This document shows, in pieces, positions 24,405 through 37,096 of a stretch of 64,000 nucleotides of DNA; position 1 is the stretch's first letter; every line of letters starts with the position of its first letter. A program made the position numbers and the translations under genes. This stretch comes from Eledone cirrhosa (Eukaryota), in assembly GCA_964016885.1 (NCBI GenBank), contig OZ024764.1:2108001-2172000 (forward strand). The letters are read 5' to 3'. The notes below the pieces were generated by a model that saw nothing but the letters and a program-made list of their open reading frames with translations, searched no databases and was not told the origin of the DNA.

Positions 24405-27400
24405 GTCAGTCCAGACCCTGCTTCAGTACTGACCTGGTCTCTGTTGACCAATCCAGACCCTGCTTCAGTACTGACCTGGTCTATGTTGACCAATCCAGGC
24501 CCTACTTCAGTACTGACCTGGTCTATGTTGACCAGTCCAGACCCTACTTCAGTACTGACCTGGTCTATGTTGACCAATCCAGGCCCTACTTCAGTACTGA
24601 CCTGGTCTATGTTGACCAGTCCAGACCCTACTTCAGTACTGACCTGGTCTATGTTGACCAATCCAGGCCCTACTTCAGTACTGACCTGGTCTATGTTGAC
24701 CAGTCCAGACCCTACTTCAGTACTGACCTGGTCTATGTTGACCAATCCAGGCCCTACTTCAGTACTGACCTGGTCTATGTTGACCAGTCCAGACCCTACT
24801 TCAGTACTGACCTGGTCTATGTTGACCAATCCAGACCCTGCTTCAGCTCTGACCTGATCTATGTTGACCAGTCCAGACCCTGCTTCAGTACTGACCTGGT
24901 CTATGTTGACCAGTCCAGACCCTACTTCAGTACTGACCTGGTCTATGTTGACCAATCCAGGCCCTACTTCAGTACTGACCTGGTCTATGTTGACCAGTCC
25001 AGACCCTACTTCAGTACTGACCTGGTCTATGTTGACCAATCCAGGCCCTACTTCAGTACTGACCTGGTCTATGTTGACCAGTCCAGACCCTACTTCAGTA
25101 CTGACCTGGTCTATGTTGACCAATCCAGACCCTGCTTCAGCTCTGACCTGGTCTATGTTGACCAGTCCAGACCCTGCTTCAGTACTGACCTGGTCTATGT
25201 TGACCAATCCAGGCCCTACTTCAGTACTGACCTGGTCTATGTTGACCTGTCCAGACCCTACTTCAGTACTGACCTGGTCCATGTTGACCAGTCCAGACCC
25301 TGCTTCAGTACTGACCTGGTCTATGTTGACCAGTCCAGGCTCTACTTCAGTACTGACCTGGTGTATCTTGACCAGTCCAGGCCCTACTTCAGTACTGACC
25401 TGGTCTATGTACACCAGTCCAGGCCCTACTTCAGTACTGACTTGGTCTATGTTGACCAGTCCAGGCCCTACTTCAGTACTGACCTGGTCTATGTTGACCA
25501 GTCCAGACCTTACTTCAGTACTGAGCTGGTCTATCTTGACCAGTCCAGGCCCTACTTCAGTACTGACTTGGTCTATGTTGACCAGTCCAGGCCCTACTTC
25601 AGTACTGACCTGGTCTATGTTGACCAGTCCAGGCCCTACTTCAGTACTGAGCTGGTCTATCTTGACCAGTCCAGGCCCTACTTCAGTACTGACCTGGTCT
25701 ATGTTGACCAGCCCAGACCCTACTTCAGTACTGACCTGGTCTATGCTGACCAGTCCAGACCCTACTTCAGTACTGACTTGGTCTATGTTGACCAGTCCAG
25801 ACCCTGCTTCAGTACTGACCTGGTCTATGTTGACCAGTCCAGGCCCTGCTTCAGTACTGACCTGGTCTATGTTGACCAGTCCAGACCCTACTTCGGTACT
25901 GACCTGGTCTATGTTGACCAGTCCAGACCCTACTTCATTACTGACCTGGTCTCTTGACCAGTCCAGGCCCTACTTCAGTACTGACCTGGTCTCTTGACCA
26001 GTCCAGGCCCTACTTCAGTACTGACCTGGTCTATGTTGACCAGTCCAGGCCCTACTTCAGTACTGACTTGGTCTATGTTGACCTGTCCAGACCCTACTTC
26101 AGTACTGACTTGGTCTATGTTGACCTGTCCAGACCCTACTTCAGTACTGACCTGGTCTCTGTTGACCAGTCCAGACCCTACTTCAGTACTGACCTGGTCT
26201 ATGTTGACCAGTCCAGGCCCTACTTCAGTACTGACCTGGTCTCTGTTGACCAGTCCAGGCCCTACTTCAGTACTGACCTGGTCTCTGTTGACCAGTCCAG
26301 ACCCTACTTCAGTACTGACCTGGTCTATGTTGACCAGTCCAGACCCTACTTCAGTACTGACCTGGTCTATGTTGACCAGTCCAGACCCTACTTCAGTACT
26401 GACCTGGTCTCTGTTGACCTGTCCAGACCTTGCTTCAGTACTGACCTGGTCTATGTTGACCAGTCCAGACCCTACTTCAGTACTGACCTGGTCTCTTGAC
26501 CAGTCCAGGCCCTACTTCAGTACTGACCTGGTCTCTTGACCAGTCCAGGCCCTACTTCAGTACTGACCTGGTCTCTTGACCAGTCCAGGCCCTACTTCAG
26601 TACTGACCTGGTCTATGTTGACCAGTCCAGGCCCTACTTCAGTACTGACCTGGTCTCTGTTGACCAGTCCAGACCCTACTTCAGTACTGACCTGGTCTAT
26701 GTTGACCAGTCCAGACCCTACTTCAGTACTGACCTGGTCTATGTTGACCAGTCCAGGCCCTACTTCAGTACTGACCTGGTCTCTGTTGACCAGTCCAGGC
26801 CCTACTTCAGTACTGACCTGGTCTGTTGACCAGTCCAGGCCCTACTTCAGTACTGACCTGGTCTATGTTGACCTGTCCAGTCCCTACTTCAGTACTGACC
26901 CGGTCTCTGTTGACCAGTCCAGGCCCTACTTCAGTACTGACCTGGTCTATGTTGACCTGTCCAGACCCTACTTCAGTACTGACCTGGTCTCTGTTGACCA
27001 GTCCAGACCCTACTTCAGTACTCACCTGGTCTCTTGACCAGTCCAGGCCCTACTTCAGTACTGACCTGGTCTATGTTGACCAGTCCAGACTACTTCAGTA
27101 CTGACCTGGTCTATGTTGACCAGTCCAGGCCCTACTTCAGTACAGACTTGGTCTATGTTGACCAGTCCAGGCCCTACTTCAGTACTGACCTGGTCTATGT
27201 TGACCAGTCCAGGCCCTACTTCAGTACTGACCTGGTCTATGTTGACCAGTCTAGGCCCTACTTCAGTACTGACCTGGTCTATGTTGACCAGTCCAGACCT
27301 ACTTCAGTACTGACCTGGTCTATGTTGACCAGTCCAGACCCTACTTCAGTACTGACCTGGTCTATGTTGACCTGTCCAGGCCCTACTTCAGTACTGACCT

Positions 27401-28918
27401 GGTCTATGTTGACCTGTCCAGGCCTTGCTTCAGTACTGACCTGGTCTCTGTTGACCAGTCCAGACCCTACTTCAGTACTGACCTGGTCTATGTTGACCTG
27501 TCCAGACCCTACTTCAGTACGGACCTGGTCTCTGTGGACCAGTCCAGGCCCTACTTCAGTACTGACCTGGTCTATGTTGACCAGTCCAGACTCTACTTCA
27601 GTACTGACCTGGTCTATGTTGACCAGTCCAGGTCCTACTTCAGTACAGACTTGGTCTATTTTGACCAGTCCAGGCCCTACTTCAGTACTGACCTGGTCTC
27701 TGTTGACCAGTCCAGGCCCTACTTCAGTACTGACCTGGTCTGTTGACCAGTCCAGGCCCTTCTTCAGTACTGACCTGGTCTCTGTTGACCAGTCCAGGCC
27801 CTACTTCAGTACTGACCTGGTCTGTTGACCAGTCCAGGCCCTTCAGTACTGACCTGGTCTCTGTTGACCAGTCCAGGCCCTACTTCAGTACTGACCTGGT
27901 CTGTTGACCAGTCCAGGCCCTTCAGTACTGACCTGGTCTCTGTTGACCAGTCCAGGCCCTACTTCAGTACTGACCAGGTCTGTTGACCAGTCCAGGCTCT
28001 TCTTCAGTACTGACCTGGTCTATGTTGACCAGTCCAGGCCCTACTTCAGTACTGACCTGGTCTCTGTTGACCAGTCCAGGCCCTACTTCAGTACTGACCT
28101 GGTCTCTGTTGACCAGTCCAGGCCTTGCTTCAGTACTGACCTGGTCTATGTTGACCAGTCCAGGCCCTACTTCAGTACAGACTTGGTCTATGTTGACCAG
28201 TCCAGGCCCTACTTCAGTACTGACCTGGTCTATGTTGACCAGTCCAGGCCCTACTTCAGTACTGACCTGGTCTATGTTGACCAGTCTAGGCCCTACTTCA
28301 GTACTGACCTGGTCTATGTTGACCAGTCCAGACCTACTTCAGTACTGACCTGGTCTATGTTGACCAGTCCAGACCCTACTTCAGTACTGACCTGGTCTAT
28401 GTTGACCTGTCCAGGCCCTACTTCAGTACTGACCTGGTCTATGTTGACCTGTCCAGGCCTTGCTTCAGTACTGACCTGGTCTCTGTTGACCAGTCCAGAC
28501 CCTACTTCAGTACTGACCTGGTCTATGTTGACCTGTCCAGACCCTACTTCAGTACTGACCTGGTCTCTGTTGACCTGTCCAGACCCTACTTCAGTACTGA
28601 CCTGGTCTATGTTGACCAGTCCAGACCCTACTTCAGTACTGACCTGGTCTCTGTTGACCAGTCCAGGCCCTACTTCAGTACTGACCTGGTCTCTGTTGAC
28701 CAGTCCAGGCCCTACTTCAGTACTGACCTGGTCTCTGTTGACCAGTCCAGGCCCTACTTCAGTACTGACCTGGTCTCTGTTGACCAGTCTAGGCCCTACT
28801 TCAGTACTGACCTGGTCTATGTTGACCAGTCCAGGCCCTACTTCAGTACTGACCTGGTCTCTGTTGACCAGTCCAGGCCCTACTTCAGTACTGACCTGGT
28901 CTCTGTTGACCAGTCCTA
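24405..28918. repeat. 42-bp minisatellite, about 107 copies, inside a degenerate SINE 3' part (24230-28958)
   Basis: Unit GACCAGTCCAG(G/A)CCCTACTTCAGTACTGACCTGGTCT(A/C)TGTT. Preceded by a SINE-like segment and followed by CCCTTGCTAGCAGGGGAAGTGGATGTTAAA(TGA)n. Confidence 0.95.
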
Positions 28919-29102
28919 CCCTTGCTAGCAGGGGAAGTGGATGTTAAATGATGATGATATATATACACGTGTGTGTGTGTATGTATATATATATATTTGT
29001 ACATGTATATATATATGTATACATGTGTGAGTGTGTATGTATGTATGTATATATATATATTTATTAAAATAACATTAAAGTTTAAACAAAGAATTATTAT
29101 AT

Positions 29103-29290
29103 TGGCAATATCGGTAGAGCGTCGGACGCCATGCTTTGACGCATAGAGTTACGTCCCTTTACGATCTGAGTTCAAATCCCGCCGAGATTAACTTTGCCTT
29201 TCATCCTTATGGTCGATAAAATAAAGTACCAGTAATGCACTGAGTAATTGCTGGCCTTGTGCCAAAAGTAGAAACAATTATTATTATTAT
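29103..29290 (+). mobile_element. SINE family 2
   Basis: B box GAGTTCAAATCC, family core and (ATT)n tail. Confidence 0.85.
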
Positions 29291-29321
29291 AATATATATA
29301 TATATACATATATATATATAC

Positions 29322-29698
29322 CATCATCATCGTTTAAAGTCTATCTTCCACGCTAGCATGGGTTAGACGGGAGTTGTCCCACTTGAGGCAAGGTTGGTCG
29401 GGTGACCATGTCTCGCTCATATAGAACTGTCTGGCAGGTTTTTCTACGGCTGGATGCCCTTCCTAACACCAACCACGTTTACAGTGTGGACTGGGAGGTT
29501 TTTACCGTGTTACCTACACGGCCACATTACAGCGTGGACTGTGTGTTTTTGTCATGACACCTACACCTCTTTAGTTTGGACTGGATGTTGTGGCACCAAC
29601 ATAACTTTATAGAGAAAGGGGTGGTGTTGGTGGGAGTGGGAGGATGGAGTAGGGGTAGTGGGTTGGGGTGTATATTTGGTTAAGAGGTGCCTACTGAT
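29322..29698 (-). mobile_element. RTE 3'-UTR-type repeat (family C)
   Basis: Reverse complement of about 32243-32612. Confidence 0.75.
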
Positions 29699-29753
29699 TA
29701 TATATATACACACACATATATATATATATATACACATATATATATATATAAAT

Positions 29754-29800
<47 letters not shown>

Positions 29801-30018
29801 TATATATACACACACACACACACATATATATATATACATATATACACACATATATATATATAAACACACACATATATACACACACACATGTATATATATA
29901 TATACACACAACCACACATATATATATATATATACACACACACACCCATATATACACACACACATACATATATATATATAAAGATACACACACACGCACA
30001 CATATATATACATGCACT

Positions 30019-30049
<31 letters not shown>

Positions 30050-30224
30050 TCACACACACATATATATACACACACACACAAATACACACACATATACACA
30101 CACACACACATATACACACATATACACACACACATATATACACACACACACATATATACACACACACACACACACACATACACACACACACATACTGTTA
30201 GTCAACACAAAATGGTATTTGTAC

Positions 30225-30256
<32 letters not shown>

Positions 30257-30307
30257 AATACACACATATATATACACACACATATACACACACACATATA
30301 CACACAT

Positions 30308-30338
<31 letters not shown>

Positions 30339-30350
30339 CACATACACACA

Positions 30351-30385
<35 letters not shown>

Positions 30386-30415
30386 TGTTAGTCAACACAA
30401 AATGGTATTTGTATA
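29699..30415. repeat. (CA)n/(TA)n microsatellite field
   Basis: Direct reading. A 29-bp island CTGTTAGTCAACACAAAATGGTATTTGTA is duplicated at about 30195 and 30385. Confidence 0.9.
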
Positions 30416-30609
30416 AAAACTAATGTAGTTAATGGGAAGAGAAAGACAGCAAGACTGGAGTATTTGACCTTTCTATAGCTGTGGCCTCCACTATATAGTA
30501 CCCCTACCCCTAGCAGCCCTTCTCCTCACCCCAGGGCCAACAACTGCCCTTCAATTATATCACAGTACCCCCACTAATCACTTACGTAACCCCTAACAGA
30601 ATCATTAAA

Positions 30610-31265
30610 CTGCCACCAACACCAACACTACTACTACCACTGCCACCAACACTACTACTACTACTACTACCACCAACACTACTACTACCACTACTACTAC
30701 CACTACTACCACCACTACCACCAACACTACTACTACCACTACTACTACCACCACCACTACCACCAACACTACTACTACCACTACTACTACTACTACCACC
30801 ACTACTACTACTACCACCAACACTACTACTACCACTACTACTACTACCACCACTACCACCAACACTACTACTACCACTACTACCACCACCACCACTACCA
30901 CCACTACTACTACTACTACCACTACCACCACCACTACTACTACCACCACTACCACCAACACTACTACTACCACTACTACTACTACCACCACTACCACCAA
31001 CACTATTACTACCACTACTACTACTACCACCACTACCACTACACTACCACTACTACTACTACTATCACTACTACTACTACTACTACTACCACTACCACCA
31101 ACACTACTACCACTACCACCAACACTACCACCACTACTACAACCACCACCACCACTATATCCACCACCACCACCCACCACTACTATATTCACCACCACCA
31201 CCACCGCCACTATATCCCCCCCCCCCCCCCACCACCACCCTCTATATCCACCACCACCACCACTG
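30610..31265. repeat. (CTA/CCA)n trinucleotide low-complexity tract
   Basis: Direct reading. Confidence 0.9.
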
Positions 31266-31511
31266 GGAATCACAATTATGGTTAATGGAATAGCTTCACG
31301 TGATTGGTCAAATAACAACCAAGAAAAAATATGTGATGTGTGTATATCATCATTTTACGTCCACTTTTTCTTGCTTGCAAGGGTGGATATATGTGTGTAT
31401 ATATATATACACACAAAGACATATATATTATATACACATATATATATATTATATATATATATATTTATCATATATATATATATATATACATATACATAAA
31501 TATAATATATA

Positions 31512-31802
31512 TCATCATCATCATCAACGTTTAACGTCCGTGTTCCACGCTTGCATGGGTTTGGACGGGGGTTTTCCCACTTGAGGCAAGAGTGATTGTC
31601 TTGCTCGCATAGGACTGTCTGGCGGGTTTTCTACAGCTGGATGCCCTTCCTAACACCAACCACATTTACAGTGTGGGGCTGGGAGGTTTTTACCGTGTTG
31701 CTTACACGGCCACATTACAGCGTGGACTGTGTGTTTTTTGTCGCGACACCTACACGATCTCATTTGTTTCGGCCTGGATGTTGTGGCACCAACATAACTT
31801 TA
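31512..31802 (-). mobile_element. Family C repeat, 5'-truncated
   Basis: Matches 29322-29610. Confidence 0.75.
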
Positions 31803-31865
31803 ATATACATAAATATAATATATATATACATAAATAAAATATATATATAATATAAGTATAATAAA

Positions 31866-31917
<52 letters not shown>

Positions 31918-31929
31918 TATATAATATAA

Positions 31930-32612
31930 CGGCAAAGCATAAATGAACTAAGGGAGAAATTAGGAATAAGAGGGATCAGATGCTGTTTACTCGAGAGAAG
32001 ACTACGTTGGTATGGTCATGTGATACGCATGAAAGACGACAGCTGTATAAAAAAGTGCAGGGCGATCAAAATAGACGGTAGCCACAGAGTAGGCAGACCC
32101 AGAATAACCTGGGACGACTTGATAAATTCAGACTTCACACACTTACACCTCTCCAAGACAATGTCACTGGACTGAGATCTTTGGTGCTACACAGTAATAC
32201 AGAAGACCCGCCTTGCCTAAGTACAAAGCGAAACCTACTACAGTCAGTAGGCACCTCTTAACCAAAATACACCCTCGTCACACTAACCCTACCCCCACCG
32301 CCATCTACACCACCCCTTTCTCTGTAAAGTTATGTTGGTACCACAACATCCAGTCCGAAATAAATGAAGTCGTGTAGGTGTCACGACAAAAAAACACACA
32401 GTCCACGCTGTAATGTGGCCGTGTAGGCAACACGGTAAAAACCTTCCAGTCCACACTGTAAATGTGTTTGGTGTTAGGAAGGGCATCCAGCCGTAGAAAA
32501 CCTGCCAGACAGTCCTATGCGAGCAAGACAACCACTCTTGCTTCAAGTGGGACAATTCCCGTCCAGACCCATGCTAGCATGGAAGATGGACGTTAAACGA
32601 TGATGATGATGA
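31930..32612 (+). mobile_element. RTE LINE 3' end continuing into the long family C 3' UTR
   Basis: ELREKLGIRGIRCCLLERRLRWYGHVIRM...VGRPRITWDDL, then a UTR with 48-bp-like units, AGGAAGGGCATCCAGC and (GAT)n. Confidence 0.8.
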
Positions 32613-32627
32613 ATATAAATATAAATA

Positions 32628-32835
32628 TAATTGTTTCTACTTTAAATAATTGTTTCTACTTTAGGCACAAGGCCAGCAAATACCCAGTGCATTACTGGTA
32701 CTTTATTTTATCGACCCTGTAAGGATGAAAGGCAAAGTTAACCTCGGTGGGATTTGAACTCAGACGGCAAAGGGCCGTAACTCTATGCTTCAAAGCATGT
32801 AGTCCGACTCTCTACCGATACTGCCAATCCACCGC
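32628..32835 (-). mobile_element. SINE family 2
   Basis: Family core and B box. Confidence 0.85.
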
Positions 32836-32850
32836 ATATATATATATATA

Positions 32851-33038
32851 ACAAAGGAATTGTGGTAAGGAACCAGGTGGACCATAACACACCAGAGTAC
32901 TCAATACTTAGGGTAGTAGAGTGGTTAATATAAAACAAGTATGATCCCGAAGGCAGAGCTCAAGCCGTTTCGATGGCTATTTCCACAAATAGCCGTCGAA
33001 ACGGCTTGAGCTCTGCCGTCGGGGTCTTGAATATTTTC

Positions 33039-33040
<2 letters not shown>
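32851..33040 (-). mobile_element. Fold-back element in (TA)n, family F
   Basis: Arms at about 32941-32982 and 32987-33028. The tail matches the reverse complement of 60673-60750. Confidence 0.75.
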
Positions 33041-33072
<32 letters not shown>

Positions 33073-33173
33073 CGTTTAACATCTATCTTCCATGCTACCA
33101 TATATATACACACACACATGTATACATATATACACACATGTATATATATATATACACACACACACATATATAT

Positions 33174-33204
<31 letters not shown>

Positions 33205-33581
33205 TGATGTATACATATATACACACGTGTATACATATATACACACACATATATATATACATATATATACACACACATATGTATACATATATACACACAT
33301 ATATACATATATATACAAACACACACATGTATACATATATACACACATATATACATATATATACATACACACACATATATATACACACACATGTATACAT
33401 ATATACACACACACATATATACATATATATATACACACACATGTATACATATATACAGACACATATATACATATAAATACACACACATACACACTGATGT
33501 ATACATATATACACACGTGTAAACATATATACACACATGTATACATACATATATAAACACACACATGTATACATACATATA
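33041..33581. repeat. (CA/TA)n microsatellite field
   Basis: Direct reading. Confidence 0.9.
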
Positions 33582-34183
33582 TGGTGGCTGCCAACTCGTT
33601 TTCGAGTACAGCCACTACTTTATATCCATGTAGGAGAACCCTTACCGATGCGCTGAACGAGTGTGACTTTTTAGTCCAGCCAGCGACTTGAAAGCTCTGG
33701 TACAAACACTACACTTGTGACAATTATTGACACATAGTGCTGGGCCCATGGTACCATGTGATGACAAGTGCAGAGAGATCTCCAGATACAAAGCAATGCC
33801 TGTGCCGTGAAGCTTTTATAGTGAGCAAAGGCACTGCACAAAGCCAGTCCCACTCTCTTAACCAAGATGATATTTACCAAAAAGAAGAACAAGTCAACAT
33901 CATTGGATACCATCAGGGTTACAGGTGTTATATCAGAGTTTTCCTTCTCCTAGAATTCTGCCTTGACAAAGGCTAAGGGGTCATCTCTCCCGGTGATTTT
34001 GGATGGCCATTGACTCTTAAGAGCTCCTTCGCCCTTTGACAGGTCTTGTTTTTAGTCCTGCAGGATGTCCAAAGTCACCCTCCTCACCAAGACACCTTGG
34101 TGGGGTTGCCAGTTTAGTCACCAACGACCCGACCATGAGACAGGTTGTACTGGGATACATGTTACCAGTAGCACCAACTGGTG
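33582..34183 (-). mobile_element. RTE-derived non-autonomous element, family A (about 600 bp)
   Basis: Near-identical to 38298-39023. Carries TAGGAGAAGGAAAACTCTGA, which resembles RTE 5'-UTR motifs. No RT coding sequence; flanked by microsatellites. Confidence 0.65.
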
Positions 34184-34747
34184 ACACACATATATACATA
34201 CATATATACACACATGTATACATACATATACACACACACACACACATGTATACATACATATATACACACATGTATACATACATACCCACACATGTCATCA
34301 TACATCATTTCATTTTACGTCCACTTTTTCCTTGCTTGCAAGGGTGGGACGGGAACTGTATACATATATATATATATATATATACATACACGCACATGTA
34401 TACATACATACACACACACACACATATATACATACACACATGTATACACACATATATACATACACATGTATACATACATATACACACACACACATATATA
34501 CATACACACACACGTATACATACATATATATATACACATATATATATATACATACATATACACACATGTATATATACATACATATACACACACATGTATA
34601 TATATACATACACACACATGTATACATACATATATACACACATGTATACTAATACACACACAACCACACATGTATACATACATATACACACACACATGTA
34701 TACATATATACACACACACATATATACATACACACACATATATACAT

Positions 34748-34780
<33 letters not shown>

Positions 34781-35191
34781 CATGTAGGTTAAATGCATTT
34801 GGATAACAAATTAGATTTGCTATATTGTCCTAGATGTGGTTGGTCTGAATAAAAGATGAGATGGTCATTATTGGAACCACTTTGGTGATAGAGCTGTGGT
34901 AAACCATGGTAACCTACAACAACAGCAACAGCAACAACAACAACAACAACTCTAATGACACCAGCGGACAATATTAAAATGCCAAAATGACAAGAATTAG
35001 GAGAGATTTGGTAATATAATGATGATGATGATGATGGTCAGTCACGTGACATTGGTGTGTGAGAATGGAGGCAGCAAAAACATGTTAGACCATTACTCAC
35101 CAGAGTACTCAATACTAATATGAAAAATCAGCAGGAGTCCCGAATTTTTTCATATATATACATATATATATTTGTATGCATATACGTGTAT

Positions 35192-35531
35192 GGAGGTACA
35201 TGGCTTAGTGGTTAGAGCATTGGCCTTGCAATCGAAAGGTTGTGAGTTCAATTCTCAGATCGGGTGATGTGTTGTTTCCTTGAGCAAGACACTTTATTTC
35301 ACATTGTTCCAGTTTACTCAGCTGTAGAAATAAGATGATAGGGACTGGGGTCCCTATCATTCCACTGCAAAGTGGTCGTGGAGGTGCCACGGCAAAAAAG
35401 CACCCAGCACTCACTGTAAATGAGGTTGGTGTTAGGAAGGGCATCCAGCTGTAGAAATCAAGCCAGAATCAGTTCCTGTCCCACCCTTGCAAGCAGGGAA
35501 AACGAACGTAAAATGATGATGATGATGATGA
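35192..35531 (+). mobile_element. SINE family 1
   Basis: Matches 4684-5027. Confidence 0.85.
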
Positions 35532-36009
35532 TATATATATACACACACAAAAACAAGATGGCGTAGGACAGAACAAAGGAGAGGCACAAAACAAAGAAAA
35601 GAATCCCCGGTCCCTGATGAGGTCACAGAATGTGTGACAAAAGAACTTTGACAATATATGAACAACTGCCCGGTCGTGGAACCAACTAACCAACCGGAAA
35701 TTTATAAATTTCTTAAATTTATAATTTAATTTATAATAAATTGGAGTTAAAGCAACTGGTGAGTGTGTTTCTTATTGGCAACATGACCCTCCCAAAGTAT
35801 AACAAAATATATATATATATAACGAAGGAGGTGTGGTAAGGAACCAGATGAACCATAACGCCCCAGAGTACTCAATACTTAGAATAGTAGAGTAGGTAAT
35901 AGGAAAATGTTTAACCCAGAGCCCAAGCCGTAATGTACTGGGTATTTGCTGGCCTTGTGCTAAAAGTAGAAACAATTATTTTTTGTAATATATCAAATCA
36001 AAATTACAT

Positions 36010-36356
36010 TCATCATCATCATCATCATTTCATTTTACGTCCGCTTTTTCCCTGCTTGCAAGGGTGGGACGGGAACTGATTCTGGCTTGATTTCTACAGC
36101 TGGATGCCCTTCCTAACACCAACCTCATTTACAGTGAGTGCTGGGTGCTTTTTTGCCATGGCACCTCCACGATCACTTTACAGTGGAATGATAGGGACCC
36201 TAGTCCCTATCATCTCATTTCTACAGCTGAGTAAACTAGAGCAATGTGAAATAAAGTGTCTTGCTCAAGGAAACAACACATCACCCGGTCTGAGAAATGA
36301 ACTCACAACCTTTCGATTGCAAGGCCAATGCTCTAACCAGTAAGCCATGCGCCTAC
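36010..36356 (-). mobile_element. SINE family 1
   Basis: Reverse complement of 4684-5027. Confidence 0.85.
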
Positions 36357-36399
36357 ATTATTAAATCTTATTTTGTTTCTTGTAAATCATTTTTTTCAA

Positions 36400-36662
36400 A
36401 ATATCAATTCAAAACTTTTGTGAATAGGCATCATATGTTGTCATTTACCAATGGTTTAAATTTCATATAAATCGAAGGGTAAAAATTTTCAGCGGGGGTT
36501 TGTGCCCCCAGGGAACCCTTTGATTAAAATGAAATATACTTATCCAGGTACCCTGGGCAATGTAGTTTCAGAATATATATGGTTATGGGGGTCTATCTCC
36601 AAAACCATAGGAGGAGTTTGTGAACAAACAAACAGACAGGAATACAATTTTATATATATAGA
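36400..36662 (-). mobile_element. Helitron-like 5' fragment
   Basis: Ends ACAAACAGACAGG...TTTTATATATATAGAT, like the Helitron terminus at 2115-2149. Confidence 0.45.
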
Positions 36663-36973
36663 TATACTTTATAAAACTTTTTAAAAAGAATTGTGCCTCT
36701 CATTTTTTCAATAATGTCACTTTGATGAATCAAAGAAAGGAAAAAAAAAAGAAAAACATATCCTTAAATATATTTCCCATGCTATTTCCAATTTCACCTT
36801 TTCTCTATAACCACTGATTTGCATAGAAACTTTCTTCCCTTTTCAAATATATATATTTATATATAGAAGGTATAAAACTATGCATATATCAGATAAGTAG
36901 CACTCAACAGTTGATATGTAGACTTAGCACTTTCCTATAAACAAGTGCTATTATGCCTCATATCATTGTACCT

Positions 36974-37043
36974 TATTTTATCTGAAGAGAACACAATTTC
37001 TCTCCCAGGATGATTTTGTATTCGAAATACGTATAACAAAATA
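36974..37043 (+). ncRNA. Type-I hammerhead ribozyme
   Basis: Reads TATTTTAT-CTGAAGA-GAACACAA-loop-TTGTATTC-GAAA-TACGTA-T-A-ACAAAATA. Stem III is the palindrome ATACGTAT. Stems I and II each pair at 7 of 8 positions. Confidence 0.75.
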
Positions 37044-37096
37044 TATAGAACTCTTATAACCATCTTTTATTTCATCTTTATTATATATATCTATAT

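Noticed and set aside
24350-28947. Repetitive ORFs or a CRISPR-like array
   Set aside because: Head-to-tail repeats with no unique spacers, no cas genes, and a eukaryotic context.
30605-31318. Gly/Ser/Tyr-rich structural protein (GGGGY-like repeats)
   Set aside because: The G/S frame shifts several times within a trinucleotide tract and needs multiple indel corrections. Not supportable without transcripts.
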